Shown here: positions 24,430 through 37,849 of the stretch, piece by piece
How positions within the stretch are numbered: position 1 is the stretch's first letter
How the letters are laid out: every line of letters starts with the position of its first letter
Source of the DNA: Octopus vulgaris
Taxonomy: Eukaryota
Length of the DNA stretch: 64,000 bases
Direction of reading: 5' to 3'
Assembly: GCA_951406725.2 (NCBI GenBank)
Contig: OX597823.1
Coordinates: 47,926,001-47,990,000, forward strand
The notes under the pieces: model-generated
Seen by the model: only the letters and a program-made list of their open reading frames with translations
Told to the model about the DNA's origin: nothing
Databases searched by the model: none
Translations under genes and position numbers: made by a program

Positions 24430-24720
24430 ACCAACTTAAAACAACACTGGAAACCACTACACTTGAGCCTAAATCATTTGAAACACAAGCATAAGACCTT
24501 ATCAAGTGGCAGTGTTCCATCACCTTCAAAACCAAAAACTTTACAACTACTAGAAGAGAAAAGGAAGAAATCAAACGACAGGAAAGAAAGGCTCAGCAAA
24601 ATCAATGTTGTCCTCCACCAACATTGCCATGAGGTTAATGTCATTGACTCATTCATCCATGCCAGAATTGGTCTACATAGTCATCAACACTATCACCATA
24701 AAGGAAGCATTCAGCAATGA
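24430..24720 (+). mobile_element. RTE-type LINE 3' coding remnant
   Basis: LEEKRKK..RKER ... ARIGLHSHQHYH, an RTE/BovB-like C-terminus. Confidence 0.65.
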
Positions 24721-25158
24721 AGAAACTAAATTCTTAGATACAAGATAAAGCTGATGCCGACTTCCTCTACACAAGTGGTATATCCTTGGTAAAGAAAAGA
24801 TATAGTCCTCTCATGTATAGAATGGAAAGAAAGTTGTATGCAAAGAGCTGGAAGTAATAAAGTGCTGATATGTAAGGAACAACTATTGTTTGTTCCTTCT
24901 CGAGCCACGCCTGACTCATTAGGGCTGGTTTCCCGGTTTCCATGGTATATAGGTTCCCCACCTGGATGGGACGCAGGTCCATCGCAGGTGACCTGCAAGA
25001 TGCAGGAGGAAAGAGTGAGAGAAAGTTGTGGCGAAAGAGTCAGCAAAAGTTTGTCATTACCTTCTGCTGGAACTTCATGGAGCTTAGATGTTTCGCTCAT
25101 AAACACACACATCACCCGGTCAGAGATTTGACCACTAGGCCATGTGCCTCCACTAAGG

Positions 25159-25283
25159 AACTATTATAGTTGAGATATAAATAGAACTGCTATAGTGGTC
25201 TTATATAGTGAACTATTATAGTTGTGGTATATAGGGAGCTGCTATAATGGTGCTATGTAGTGAACTATTATAGTTGTGATATT
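25159..25283. repeat. 26-bp tandem repeat, ~5 copies, alternating A/B variants
   Basis: gaactattatagttg... alternates with ga(a/g)ctgctata(g/a)tggt... Confidence 0.8.
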
Positions 25284-25847
25284 CAGAAAAGTCACTTATG
25301 ATAACATAATCATTTAGCATTAACCAAAAGACAGACTCTAGTATTGTAATAAGTTTGATTAATATAAATTTATTTTCAAATTACTTCTGAAACAAGTATG
25401 AAAACATAAAACAGTATGTGTCACAGGAAAATTGTCTGAGACTGTCAGCAAAAAATTGTTTATACTTGAATTAAGATCTCTCTAAAAAATAAAAAGTCTT
25501 ACTGTAACGTAAATAACATTGTAAAATATTCAATTTAGTCAATGCCAGCAAACTATACCAATATATAAAGTTAGAGATGTTTTACTAAGACCCTCCAAAA
25601 TCTTAATTACATTGAAAATTAATTGAAACTCTGCAGCAATCTAGTTTGAATTGTAATCATTAAAGGGCTTTAACACTAAATGGTGATCATTAGTCTAAAA
25701 TATTATAATCATTGTGTCAGTCTCCTAGTGAAGAAACGTATTTCTTTCTGATCAAAATATTTGCTCTGAATTCAAGGTTGAGCATCTAATAAGGGGAAGA
25801 TATTTATTAATAAAGTCCTCTAACCTGGTATTAAGTACTTGTCTAGA

Positions 25848-26315
25848 TAGGCACAAAAGTGGCTGTGTGGAAAGAAGTTTGCTTTCCATAGATATGGCTC
25901 TGGGTTCAGTCCTACTGCGTGACACCTTGGGCAAGTGTCTTCTACTATAGCCTTGGGCAAACCAAAGCCTTGTGAATGGATTTGGTTGACAGAAACTGAA
26001 AGAAGCCCATCATGTGTGCATGTGTGTCTGTGTCTGTGTTTGTGTTTGTGTATGATTGTGTCTGTGCTTGTTACCCACCACCACCACCACCACCACCACC
26101 ACCATTACCACCACCACTGCTTGACAGCTGGTATTGATGTGTTTACATCCTCATGACTTAAGGATTCAGCAAATAAGACCGATAGTATAAGTACTTCAAA
26201 GATAATAAGTGTTGGGGTCAATTTGTTTTGACTAAAAACATTTTTCAAGGTAGTGCCCCAGCATGGCCACAGTCTAATGACTGAAACAAGCGAAAGATAA
26301 AATATAAAATAAAAG
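25848..26315 (+). mobile_element. SINE-A with internal (CAC)n expansion
   Basis: Family blocks are present in order. Confidence 0.85.
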
Positions 26316-28039
26316 ATTTTGATAAAGGACCCAACAAACTATTTCACTCATAACAACATGTAAAAAGAAAACAACAAAAAACTGAAAATAAATTGCTATA
26401 TCAGCGTTACAGAAACAATTTGAAAATATTTTCTCTTCTCATAAACAATTGTCTTTATTGGTGTTTGCTTTGTCTTTATCTCCCACTTCCTGTCTATAAA
26501 GCCTTCTCCACTACATTTATAAATCACCACTTCAACTTGTGGCATTTAAATGTTCTATGATATTTGTCACCCAACATATTGACATTTGAGGAAAATTTGA
26601 TATTTTCAATGTTAACATCAATTCCAACATTTAATATTTAGCAATCTTTTGTTTTGTTTTCACACTATTAAGGGACATCTTATTTGGAACTGATTTGTGG
26701 AATTTTATTCTCAAAAACAATTACATCATCCAGAATATGATGCTAACATGGGTTGAATAGGTCGTCTACAGTGCAGTATATTAAGATTTCTTCCAGTCTC
26801 ACCAGTGAGGCCAAGCATTTTGAGATGTAACTTCATCTCTTTGTCTTGAGTACATTCCATTACCAGCATCCAGCACTTGTCCCGCTCCATTGATTATCCA
26901 TTCATATCACATGTCTATATTAATGCTATCATTTCTCCTGCATTCTTCTGGCCAATGTCTTTATAATTTCATGCTTACTTATATCTTGCCTCCATTTTGA
27001 TTCATATTTACTAAGACAACAGATCATACACAATTCATTTTTACTCAGCTTCTCCCCAAATTATTAATCCATAATTCTTATGTCTGACACTCAAACAATT
27101 ACTTCACAGCTTTAAGGATCACACTGCCAAAAATATGGATGCCCGTTATTATTATTATAACTGGGTTCCAACCCAGGCCACAGCAACAGAGTCCAGTTGC
27201 CACACTTCAAAGTCCAATATCACTGCCCCAAGATCCTGGATTCATTCCAGGCCAATGTCTGCGATCGAGTTGTCAATGTACATATGATGATGTTCTCTTG
27301 TTACATCACCATGAAGTGAGTTCCACAAGACTAATTTGGATACTTTCCAGTCCAGGTTAGCACATGCAGTGACCAAATAAAGCAAAACAGCTTGAAAAGA
27401 GACACATCACTTGCATCTTCCATTCTAGAATCAATTATTTACACCTTAAACATATAAGGTGTAAACATGTGCCCAAATAAACATGTGTCCAAATAAAAAG
27501 GCACACATGTTTATATGGACTTTTCATAAACTTATCACATGGTTTTGAGGTTTTCCATTTCAGTACCCGTTTCCTTCTTCAGCTGAGCATTCCTAGTCTT
27601 GCAGGTTTGTAGGTGCTAGTATCACATAAAAAGCACCCATACTAGTGTCATGTAAAAGCATCCAACACACTCTGTAAGGTGGTTAGTGTTAGGAAGGGCA
27701 TCCAGCCATAGAAACCCTGCCAAAACAGACAATTGGAGCCTGGTGCAGCTCTCTTGCTTACCAGCTCCTGTCAAACCGTCCAACCCATGCCAGTATGAAA
27801 AATGGACATTAAATGCTGCTGCTGCTGCTGATGATGATGATAATGATGAACTGTGGGTATATATTGCACATTTCATATTTCACTTTTTACTTTCATTTGT
27901 TTACATTGCATTTCTTTTGGTTTTACATTCTATTTTATTTCATGCCTGTTCTTTACATACACCAACACAAATATCAACACGTTGTATCTACCATATTCTT
28001 ACATTCTTTTTCATACACTTTAAATGCATAACTGTTGTA

Positions 28040-28892
28040 AGAGCTGGATGCTCTTGAATAGCCATGTTGAGTCATTCCATCTGTTGAACATAGAGCTCCG
28101 CGTTGACCATTTGGTTCCGTTCAAGCAATTCGTAATGGATAATCCCTTCCCAGTCCCACCATATGCACAACATCGTTTTATGCAGAGGAAGATCTTGTTT
28201 TACACATGGTGTCACTTGTTTACCAGGGCTAAGCCATTCCTTACACTGCTTCATATTGATGTACAGGCACCATTTTTCATAGCCAGTAATTATTCGGTAA
28301 AGAAATCGTTACTTGTGTCCATGAGTTGAGCAGTGACGAGCAAGCAAACCAGCGGAGATTGTGACTCCTTGATTTTTGTTGTTGTCACTTAAAGTATGCA
28401 GAACCCATGCTCCATACTTCTGAACCTTTCCCATTGAGTGAAGATGCTTCTCTATAGCAGTGTGGAAGCATTCCATTTTCTCTGCCAGTTCCCTTGTCGT
28501 TTGACAAGAATTTTCATGCAAAAGTTGGTTTAATTGCTCTTCATCGAACTGAACTGGACAGCCAGAACGAGGTGCATCTTTGAGGTCAAAATTTCCATTT
28601 TTGAACTTGGTATACCAATCAGGAGTGGTTCTTTCAGCTATGGCACCCTCTCCATACACAGCACAAATGTCATGAGCAGCTTTTGCAGCCTTAGAACCTT
28701 GATTAAAAGCAAAAAGAAGGAGGTGTCGAAAATGCCTGTTTTTCTTAACTTGATCACTTTAATGATCTGAAAATAAACAAAAATTAACTAAAATTAACTA
28801 GAAAAAAAAAAGCAAAATAGATTCCAAAATTTAAAAACACAATGAATTCCAAAATTTTTGAAAACGGCCGGAATTTAGTTGCCAACCCAATA
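28040..28892 (-). mobile_element. Mariner transposon, 5' TIR plus N-terminal two-thirds of the transposase (inactive)
   Basis: TIR TA-TTGGGTTGGCAACTAA. A single frame reads HFRHLLLFAFNQG..CAVYGEGAI..DAPRSG..WVLHTL..*RFLYRIITGYEKW..LCIWWDWEGIIHYELL..*. It has two stops, the catalytic TGDEKW is changed to TGYEKW, and the 3' end is missing. Confidence 0.95.
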
Positions 28893-28911
28893 TATATATA
28901 CATATACATAC

Positions 28912-28962
<51 letters not shown>

Positions 28963-29882
28963 AAAAATAATAAATAAAACTTATGGAACCAATGTTCCCC
29001 AGAAATATTGATTTCAGATTTTGGCATAAGGCCAACAGGTTTGGGAAAGGGGCTAAGTCGATTACATCGACCCCAGTGCTCAACTGGTACTTACTTTATC
29101 GACCCGGAAAGGATGAAAAGCAAAGTGAATTTTGGCGAATATATACTCAAAATATAAAGATGGACAAGATGCCACTAAGCATCCTGCCCAGTATGCTAAC
29201 AATTCTGCCAGCTCACTGCTTTGTTCCTTAAAAATATTAAGTCTTGGACTAAGTTTTTTTTTTGGCAGGGAGTACATTCTGCCTATTCACATCAGATGTT
29301 ATTTTTCATTTTTCATATTTAGAGTATCCTCATCCCACATAGGGGTCAAACAAGCTAAGCAACTTTCTACATTATCTTAATATTTATTCATTCTGCTTTA
29401 TAAATGTTTATCTTTTCTTTACTTCCACATCTGGAAGTTTATCACGTTAAACATAGCCTAGACCAATATTGGCCACCCAACTAAATTTATATCTTTGAAC
29501 TCTGCAGTGAACCATAGATTTTTCCATTTGGAAAATGTTTGGAACTAAATATCTAATGAGGTTACTTACTGTCTGCTGATACATTTATTAAAAATATGAT
29601 ATAGTTCTTATCGAAAATCAAAACTGAGTCATTGGCATCTGACCTAAATTATGTAAACAGAGCAGGAATTAATATGAAGAAAATAGGGCTATACTATAAA
29701 GAATGTCATGGCTTATTTATGGAGTTATGATAGAGGGTATGATTTGTAGGAAATCTATTGAGACATTCATTGATTCACTGTTTGTAGTACTGTATGAGAG
29801 TGAGTGTTATACTGTATGGCAGTGTGATTTAGAATCTGACAACAACGTATACTGCAATGGGTGGTTGCTTGATGCATGTATG

Positions 29883-30065
<183 letters not shown>

Positions 30066-30216
30066 GCTTAGTAAATTAATTACTTTGCCACATACTGAAC
30101 TCATTAGAAATAGCAGCTAAAAAAAATATATATATATAGATATATATATATATACATACATGCATATATACATATACATGAATACACAAACACACACACA
30201 TACATATATATTATTA

Positions 30217-30286
<70 letters not shown>

Positions 30287-30957
30287 GCTAGCATGTAAAA
30301 CGGATGTTAAAAAATGATAAAGATGATGATGGCGATGATATGTGTGTGTATGTATGTATGTATGTAAATATTTGTGTGTGTGTATGTATATATGTGTATG
30401 TATGCATATATGTACGTATGCATATATATAGATGTGTGAGTGTGTGTGTGTATATATATATACATATATATACATATACATGCACATATATATATACTTA
30501 CATGCATATATATATGTATATATATATATGTGTATATATATATGTATATATATATATATATATATATACATACATATATATATATACATACATATACACA
30601 CACATACACCTACACACATACACACACATAAAGAGTTCATCTGAAGTTGTTAAGAACATGTAGTACATCTCTTCCATCATCGTTTGGAGATATAATAAGA
30701 AAAAGAAAAGAAATAAATGATGAATTTAATAACCTGCTGTCTTTCGATGAGGAGGAGGAGGAGGGGGGATTAGGAGGATGGTGGTGGCAATCGTAACGTT
30801 GATGATGATGATGATGATGATGATTACTCTTATACACCACTAGGACCGTGGATGAGAGAGAGAAACAATCGCAAAGACATATATATAATATGTGGGCAGT
30901 TACATAAAACAATTTGAACAAGGAAATGGAAAAAAAGCAAAATGAGCTACAAATAAA

Positions 30958-32187
30958 CATTGTATAGAAATAAATCCTTTCTGTTGTAAGCACAAAGCCT
31001 GAAATTTTGCGGAGGAGTGAGCTAATAGATTAGTTCAACCCCAGTGCTCGTTCGATACAAATGTCACTGACCCCCGAAAGGATGGAAGGCAAAGTTGACC
31101 ATGGAAGGGTTTGAACTCAGAACATAAAGACAGGCTAAATACTGCTGATCCTTTTGTCTGGCAAGCTAACAATTCTGCCAACTCACAGCCTTATGGTATA
31201 CAAATAAGGGAAGGTGGTGAGCTGGCAGAAGCGTTAGCACACCAGGCAAAATACTTAGCGGTATTTCGTCTGCCGCTATATTCTGAGTTCAATTCCACCG
31301 AAGTCGACTTTGCTTTTCATCCTTTCGGGGTCGATTAAATAAGTACCAGTTATGCACTGGTGTTGATATAATCAACTTAATCCGTTTGTCTGTCCTTGTT
31401 TGTCCTCTCTGAGTTTATCCCCTTGTGGGTAGTAAAGAAATAGGTATACAAATAAGGGCTTCAAATTTTGGCACAAGGCCGGTAACTGTAGGGGAAGTAA
31501 AGGTAAAGGTAAAGTTAATTTCTTAAGTCATACTGAATCATAAGGGCCGGTCTCCTGGTTTCCATGGTGTAAAAGTTCCCCACCTGGATGGGATGCCAGT
31601 CCATTGCAGGATTACTCATTTTTGCCTGCTGAGTGAACTAGAGCAATGTGCAATGAAGTGTTTTGATCAAGAACACAATATGTTACCAAGTTCAGAAATC
31701 AAAACAATAATCTTACGATCATGAGTCCAACACCTAACCACTAAACCACATATCTCCACATTGCAGGGGAGGGGGTAAGCTGAATACATCAGCTCCAGTA
31801 CTCAACTGGTACTAATTTTATTGACCTCAAAGGGAAAGGCAAATTTGACCCTGGTGGTATTTGCACTCAGAATGTGAAGATGGATGAATTGCCACTAAGC
31901 ATTTTGACCAGCATCCTAACAATTCTGTCAGCTTATTGCTTTATGGTATACAAATAAGCCTTTCTACTAAAGGCACAAGGCCTGAAATTGTGAGGGAGGG
32001 GGTATGTCGATTACATTGACTCCAGTGTTTCACTGGTACTTAATGTGTCAACCCCAAAAGTATAAAAGGTAAAGTTGACCTTGGTGGAACTTGAACTCAG
32101 AACATAAAGACAGACAAAATGCCACTAAGCATTTTTCCTAGCATGCTAACTATTCTATGAGCTCATCACCTTATGGTATACAAATAA
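30958..32187. mobile_element. Array of four SINE-B copies (one with a nested SINE-D) separated by a reiterated target sequence
   Basis: (at)ggtatacaaataa at 31192, 31443, 31942 and 32172, with a diverged copy at 30958. Confidence 0.85.
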
Positions 32188-32399
32188 TCAAAGATGATGC
32201 AGTCTCCATGATACAGGGGCCCCTCCATTCAGAGCCAATGAAAGAGCCTCACAGATCTCAGTTCATTTTGAACAAGAACAAATGCCCTCTCCAACTGTTA
32301 TCATCCAATTTACAAAGGCTACACTGAATAATTACTCTTTTTTGATACTCTCAATTATTCAATAAGTGACACTCTCACTTATTCAATAAATTCTCTCAA

Positions 32400-33760
32400 G
32401 TACAATATTCCTTTCTTTATACATACTTTTCTTTTTAAGTGAAACATAAAAAAATCAATGTAGTACATTTTGTCCTCAGACATTTCACTATTATCCAACC
32501 CTCATATATCCACAAGACAAGGGAAAACTGACTTCTGGTTAAAGGATGGTGACAGGGCAATCTTTGCAATGGATTCAGCTGATAGTTGGGTCCATCCCAC
32601 GTATGACAGTAGCCGTTTGACATAATCCCACAAGTCTTCAATGTTTGAACACTGAAAATCTGCATGTGAAATGGTCTCATTACTCTGTGTAAATCTTTGA
32701 CAGATCTATCCAATGACACTTCTGTGCCTGTAGAGTTTGTCTCATACAAGTAGAGCTCTTCATTAGCACTACCTGGACAAGAACATCTGGATGTTATACA
32801 CTGTAATCACCAATCCAAAAGTTTTTCAGAACAGACTATCCAGTTCATTTTGTCACAACATAGAGTTTCCCTAAGAATGTCATCACTCTCTCCCAACACT
32901 AACCCTCTAAACATTGTTGCTACAATGGAATATCCTTCAACCCAGTTGCTTGACTTGTAAGAGGTAATGATAATTGTAGTACCAAATGATATTTTAGATG
33001 TCAGTCACCTAATGTTGCTCTGCTTCATCTAAAACTATGGCTCCATCTAGGAGATAAACTGTGAGATGATGTACCTTATGGATGTTGCTGGCATCTGAAC
33101 ACCATCGTGGTGTCTCTACAGGTATCACAGCCTTGGTGCATGTCTGAACTTCAGCTACCAAAGGAATATCTAACCTGCCAATGCAGTGGGTGCTGGCAGC
33201 AGATAACTGCCTGACCAGTGAAATTCATTCCTTCATCAGGAGATCAAATAGCAAATGCTCCAGTTTGATCATGTGGTAATCAGAGCAAGACACGATGGTC
33301 AGTAAGGAAGCAATATAGAAGCAATTTAACCATTTGCCATCTCTAACCGACTTTTCAAGAAAGTTTCTATTTGGCCCATTACTGGATATGACTGGCCACC
33401 TTTCTCATTATCTTGCCCTAGTTCCAGCTTATTTGAAAGTCTGGACCAAAGCAAACCCAAAGCAATTTAACCGGTTCATTGGGCTAGCCTCCTGTGATGC
33501 TGTCTACTGGCATGGACTCACTTCACTAGGCACAGAGCTGCAAGCCCACGGACTTTGCCAGGCTGGTCTTAACCCTGCAACTATCACATTTTTGTCTTGA
33601 ATGGTACCAACCACTTCCATTTCAGTGGCATGCTGGTGACATCTGCAAACACCAGCATGGCCCTCCCTGACCTCAGTTCAAATGGAATGCCTCTCAACTG
33701 TTCCAACAAATGTAGCAGTGGCTCAAGAGCCAGCATGTACGTCAGCAGTCTTGTTCTTCA
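32400..33760 (-). mobile_element. Decayed Tx1/L1-group LINE ORF2 (RT and C-terminal region)
   Basis: 'YMLALEPLLHLLEQLRGIP...VFADV' (the LY.LALEPL and YADD motifs), 'EPVKLL..FGPDFQ' and 'KLS*KVG/RLEMAN'; many stops and frameshifts. Confidence 0.7.
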
Positions 33761-33899
33761 ATATCAAAGCACCCTTGTAATGATTCACTGTTTATTGGTA
33801 TAAACTGAACTGTTGGAGGACTGTTTGTTGTATTTAGTAGAGATTGATATTGCTGTGGTTGTAACTGTGGTACTGATAGTGTTCTCAATGATGATACTG

Positions 33900-34430
33900 C
33901 CACTGCCTTGTGCTGCAGTGTGAACAGTTACCAGTGGTGGTGGTGATGGTGGTGGTGATGGTAGAGGGGATGGAGATGGTGTAGGTGGCAGTGGTGTCGG
34001 TGGTGGATGGGATGGAGGTGGTGTAGGTGGCAGTGGTGGTGGTGGTGGTGGTGGTGGCAGCAGCAGTGATGATGATGGCTGCAGTGGTGGTTGGTGGTGG
34101 CAACAGTGATGCTGGTTGTGATGGTGGTTCTGGTTGTGGTGTCAGTGGTAGTAGTGGTGGTGGTAGTGGTGGTGGTGGTGGTGGTAGTGGTGGTGGAAGT
34201 GGTGGTGGAGAAAATTCATCCACTGATGTCCCCAATATGCTGCTGCCATTTGTTCTTGTTGATTGCACTGCCAATGTTGTTACTTCACTCAGAAGGTGTC
34301 AAATGTGAGAAATCTTTGTTGAAGTTGAATAAATTTTCATTTGTCTTCTTACCTTTTCCATTGTTGTTGGTGTTGTTGTTGTTGTTGTTGTCTCTGTTGT
34401 AATTATAGTTGTTGTTGTTGTTGTTGTTGA
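33900..34430. repeat. (GGT)n and (GTT)n low-complexity tracts, possibly a remnant of the Tx1-like ORF1
   Basis: Direct reading. Lies upstream of the RT on the same strand; 'ICFK' near 34460 may be a decayed zinc knuckle. Confidence 0.5.
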
Positions 34431-35039
34431 CTTTTCCTTCAGACTCACTGAGTTGATTTGAAGCAAATGACAGCCATTTTTTTTACTCTTTTTTTTTTCT
34501 GGCATCATCTGCTGTTGTCATAGGAACAACACTATGTTATTTGTTAAGCAGATGCTTGACACAGTCATCTTTTTGCCTCTTTCTCTCTCTCTTCCTCCTC
34601 CTCTCCCACTCTCTTCTCCCTCTCTCTCTCTCACTCTCCCCTTCTCTCTCTCTCTGTGCTTGTGTTTAATTCAATTAAACACTCTTTTCATACCCTATGT
34701 GGGTTAGATTTGACCCCAGTGAATATTATTAAACCTGATAAATCTCAATTGCTGGAGCAAAATGAGCGAAAAATGGGAAAAAGATTCACAATAAAGAAGT
34801 AGATTCTGTCTTTTATACAGAAAACAAAAAGAATTTTAAACCACATCCCAGTTTGAGCATGCCTTTATGGTCAATGTAATAATATCGACCTTGGAAGGAT
34901 AAAAAGCAAAGTTGACCTTGGCAGAATTTGAACTCAAAACACGAAGACATACGAAATACTGCTAAGCATTTCGCACAGCATGTTAACAATTCTGCCAGCT
35001 CACTCATTAGTAACAACAACAACAACAATAATAATGATA

Positions 35040-35640
35040 ATGTTTTATTATTAATGTTATTTCCATATACACTCAACAGATTAGACTATTGGAAAAGAAA
35101 AAAATCCTTACATCGGGCTACAAGTAACCTTAGATGCAAAGAACCCTCCTAAGTATCCTAGCTCTCCCTAATAACACTGTTTTCTGGAGCTGTACTAAAT
35201 TGGGTTTTATGCCTATTTCCTCCATCCATCTGTTCCCAATGCACCCATAACTACTGGGATACATTTTACTAAGACTTTCCATAGTCCCTGTAATTCAATA
35301 GCTAGGGCCTGGTACTTAGCTATTTTTTCTATACTTTTCATATTAATGTTTAGATTATTTGGGACTGTAAAATCTATTATCTGGCACTTTCTATTCTCTT
35401 TATCTACAACTACCAAATCAGGCCTTCTATTTGTTGAAGTCCCACAACATCTTATACTTCTTATTTTCTAGTATTTTACTAGGTTCATGTTCATACCATT
35501 TATCAGTATGTTCAAATCCTAGCTTTTTACACAACTCTCAGTGGATTACTCTCCCTAGATTATCATGTCTTTTCTTGTATTCTTTCTGTGCCAGCATGCT
35601 ACATTCATTTTCTCTTTGATTTGCATAATCTACATTGGGA
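35040..35640 (-). mobile_element. R4/Dong-like LINE 3' fragment (RLE)
   Basis: KMLWDF..RPDLVVVDKENRKCQIIDFTVP..EKIAKYQALAIEL..IPVVMGALG. Confidence 0.85.
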
Positions 35641-36404
35641 ATCTGCTTGGATTTTGTCTAAAAATATCACAAAAATATAAATTTTAAGAAAGAATAATTT
35701 CCTAAAAGAGGGAAACTACCTAGGGCTGCTTGTTGAAACCTTACAAAGCCATGGAGGCCCTGACCGCTAGGGCAAGTACCCTCTCCACATCATCTACAGG
35801 AGCATGTTTAGAGTAGAGCCTGCTCACTCATAACATTCTGGCCACATTCTCTCAACTTTCAACAAAATTGTTGGAGAGGGGCAGCACTTCCCTATCTCCC
35901 CTCACTTTCCATTACAAGTAATAATAACAACCCTTTCTATAATAGGCACAAGGCCTGAAATTTCTGGGGAGGGGTCAAAACGATTACATCGACCCCAGTG
36001 TGTAACTGGTACTCATTTCATCGACCCTGAAAGGATGGAAAGTAAAATCACCCTCAGCAGAATTTGAACTCAGAATGTAAGGACTGACAAAATGCTGCTA
36101 AACATTTCACTAGGCATGTTAATGATTCTATAAGCTCACCTTAATTATAACAGTCATAATAACAATAATAATAATGATAATAATAATAATAATAATAATA
36201 AGCACCCAATAGTAAGCATAATAAAAAGCACACACTACACTCTTGGAGTGGTTGGCATTAGGAAGGGCATCCAGCTGTAGAAACTCTGCCAAATCAAGAC
36301 TGGAGCCTGGTGCAACCATCTGGTTCACCAGCCCTTAGTCAAAATCGTCCAACCCATGCTAGCATGGAAAGCGGACGTTAAACGATGATGATGATGGTGA
36401 ATAA

Positions 36405-36897
36405 TAAATGCCCTGATTCAATATCACGCACTGACTCTCATGGCTTTTGATCTTAATGGATTGAAAGGGTTATCATGTATATGTTTTGTCTTGATATAAA
36501 AGATGGGTTTCAGCAAATATTGTGCTCAATTCCACAGATTTGCTTGCCAGTTAATTGACCTTAACCAGTTGAGCATGTCCCATTGTGGCTTATGATCTGT
36601 GCATCTCTGATCATGAGCATAAGTAATGGGGGATCATCATAATAATGTGTTGAGAGGAATTCTCCAGGGTTTGAATAATTCACCTCTGGAAGCATGGGTG
36701 TTTCATTCATCAACCTTAGGTAACCCTTATTCAAAGAACTTTTGAGTGAGATGGGCTACTTGACCAGAAGAAAATTCTAACTGGGCCCCATCTGTAAGGT
36801 CATGTGCTATTAATCTGGATATGAAATCACCATGTCGTGCACATATGGTTGTGATGTATGTGCCTAGTGTACCCTTATCAGACGGGTAGTCACAATG
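36405..36897 (+). mobile_element. ~600-bp non-coding interspersed repeat, truncated (second copy at 55552-56057)
   Basis: Colinear high similarity with 55552-55980. Both copies are embedded in (AAT)/(GAT) repeats. Confidence 0.85.
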
Positions 36898-36908
36898 ACG
36901 ATGACATC

Positions 36909-36945
<37 letters not shown>

Positions 36946-37429
36946 TTGATGATGATGACAACAATGATATGATGATGATGATGATGATGACGACAACGAC
37001 AATGACGATGATGATGATGATGGTGGTGGTGGTGGTGGTGGTGGTGATGATGATGATGATGATGATGACGATGACAACAATGACAATGATGGTTATGATA
37101 ATGATGATAATTGTCTCTACATTTAAAATAATGGCTTCAAATCTTCACCAATTTTTCTAAAATAATGATTTTTAATGAGGAGCAATGGTACCAACTCACT
37201 GGGGAGTGAGGACAATGACGAATTAGTAAAAGGAACAAAGCAATCGAACTGTAAGTGACTAGAGCAGCAACCCTAACAGGTTTACATAGTGAGGAGGATG
37301 ATATTATTGGGGTTTTTTTTTATTCTATATTTGATCACCCAGCAGGAGAGAAGACAAAATCTGTGAAAGGGCAGGTGACTTCAAAAGAGCCAATGACCTT
37401 CTATTATATATTGAATCAATTAGGTTACT

Positions 37430-37792
37430 TACCAACCACATAGTTCTGAGTTCATTTCCACTGTGTGGCACCTTGGGCAAGTGTCTTCTACTATAGCCTC
37501 GGGCTGACCAAAGCCTTGTGAGTGGATTTGATAGACAGAAACTGAAAGAAGCCCATCGTACATATGTATATATATGTATGTGTGTGTGTGTGTGTGTGTG
37601 TGTTTATGTGTTTGTATTTGTCCCTCCAACATCGCTTGACAACCGATGGTGGTGTGTTTAGTCCCCATAACTTAGTGGTTTGGCAAAAGACACCGATAGA
37701 ATAAGCCCTGGGGTCGATTTGCTCGACTAAAGGTGGTGCTCCAGCATGGCCACAGTCAAATGACTGAAACAAGTAAAAGAGTATAAAAGAGT
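37430..37792 (+). mobile_element. SINE-A
   Basis: Family blocks are present. Confidence 0.9.
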
Positions 37793-37849
37793 AGAGCACA
37801 TCAAATAAATGATGAGAATATAAATTCATTAATTAGGAGAAATACTTAA

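Noticed and set aside
30958-32187. CRISPR interpretation of the repeat-insert array
   Set aside because: The inserts are 200-480-bp SINEs and the repeats are target-site duplications.
33885-34402. Pro/Thr-rich 129-aa ORF and Gly/Val-rich antisense ORFs
   Set aside because: Product of (GGT)n low complexity next to a decayed Tx1-like LINE; no splice context or domain.
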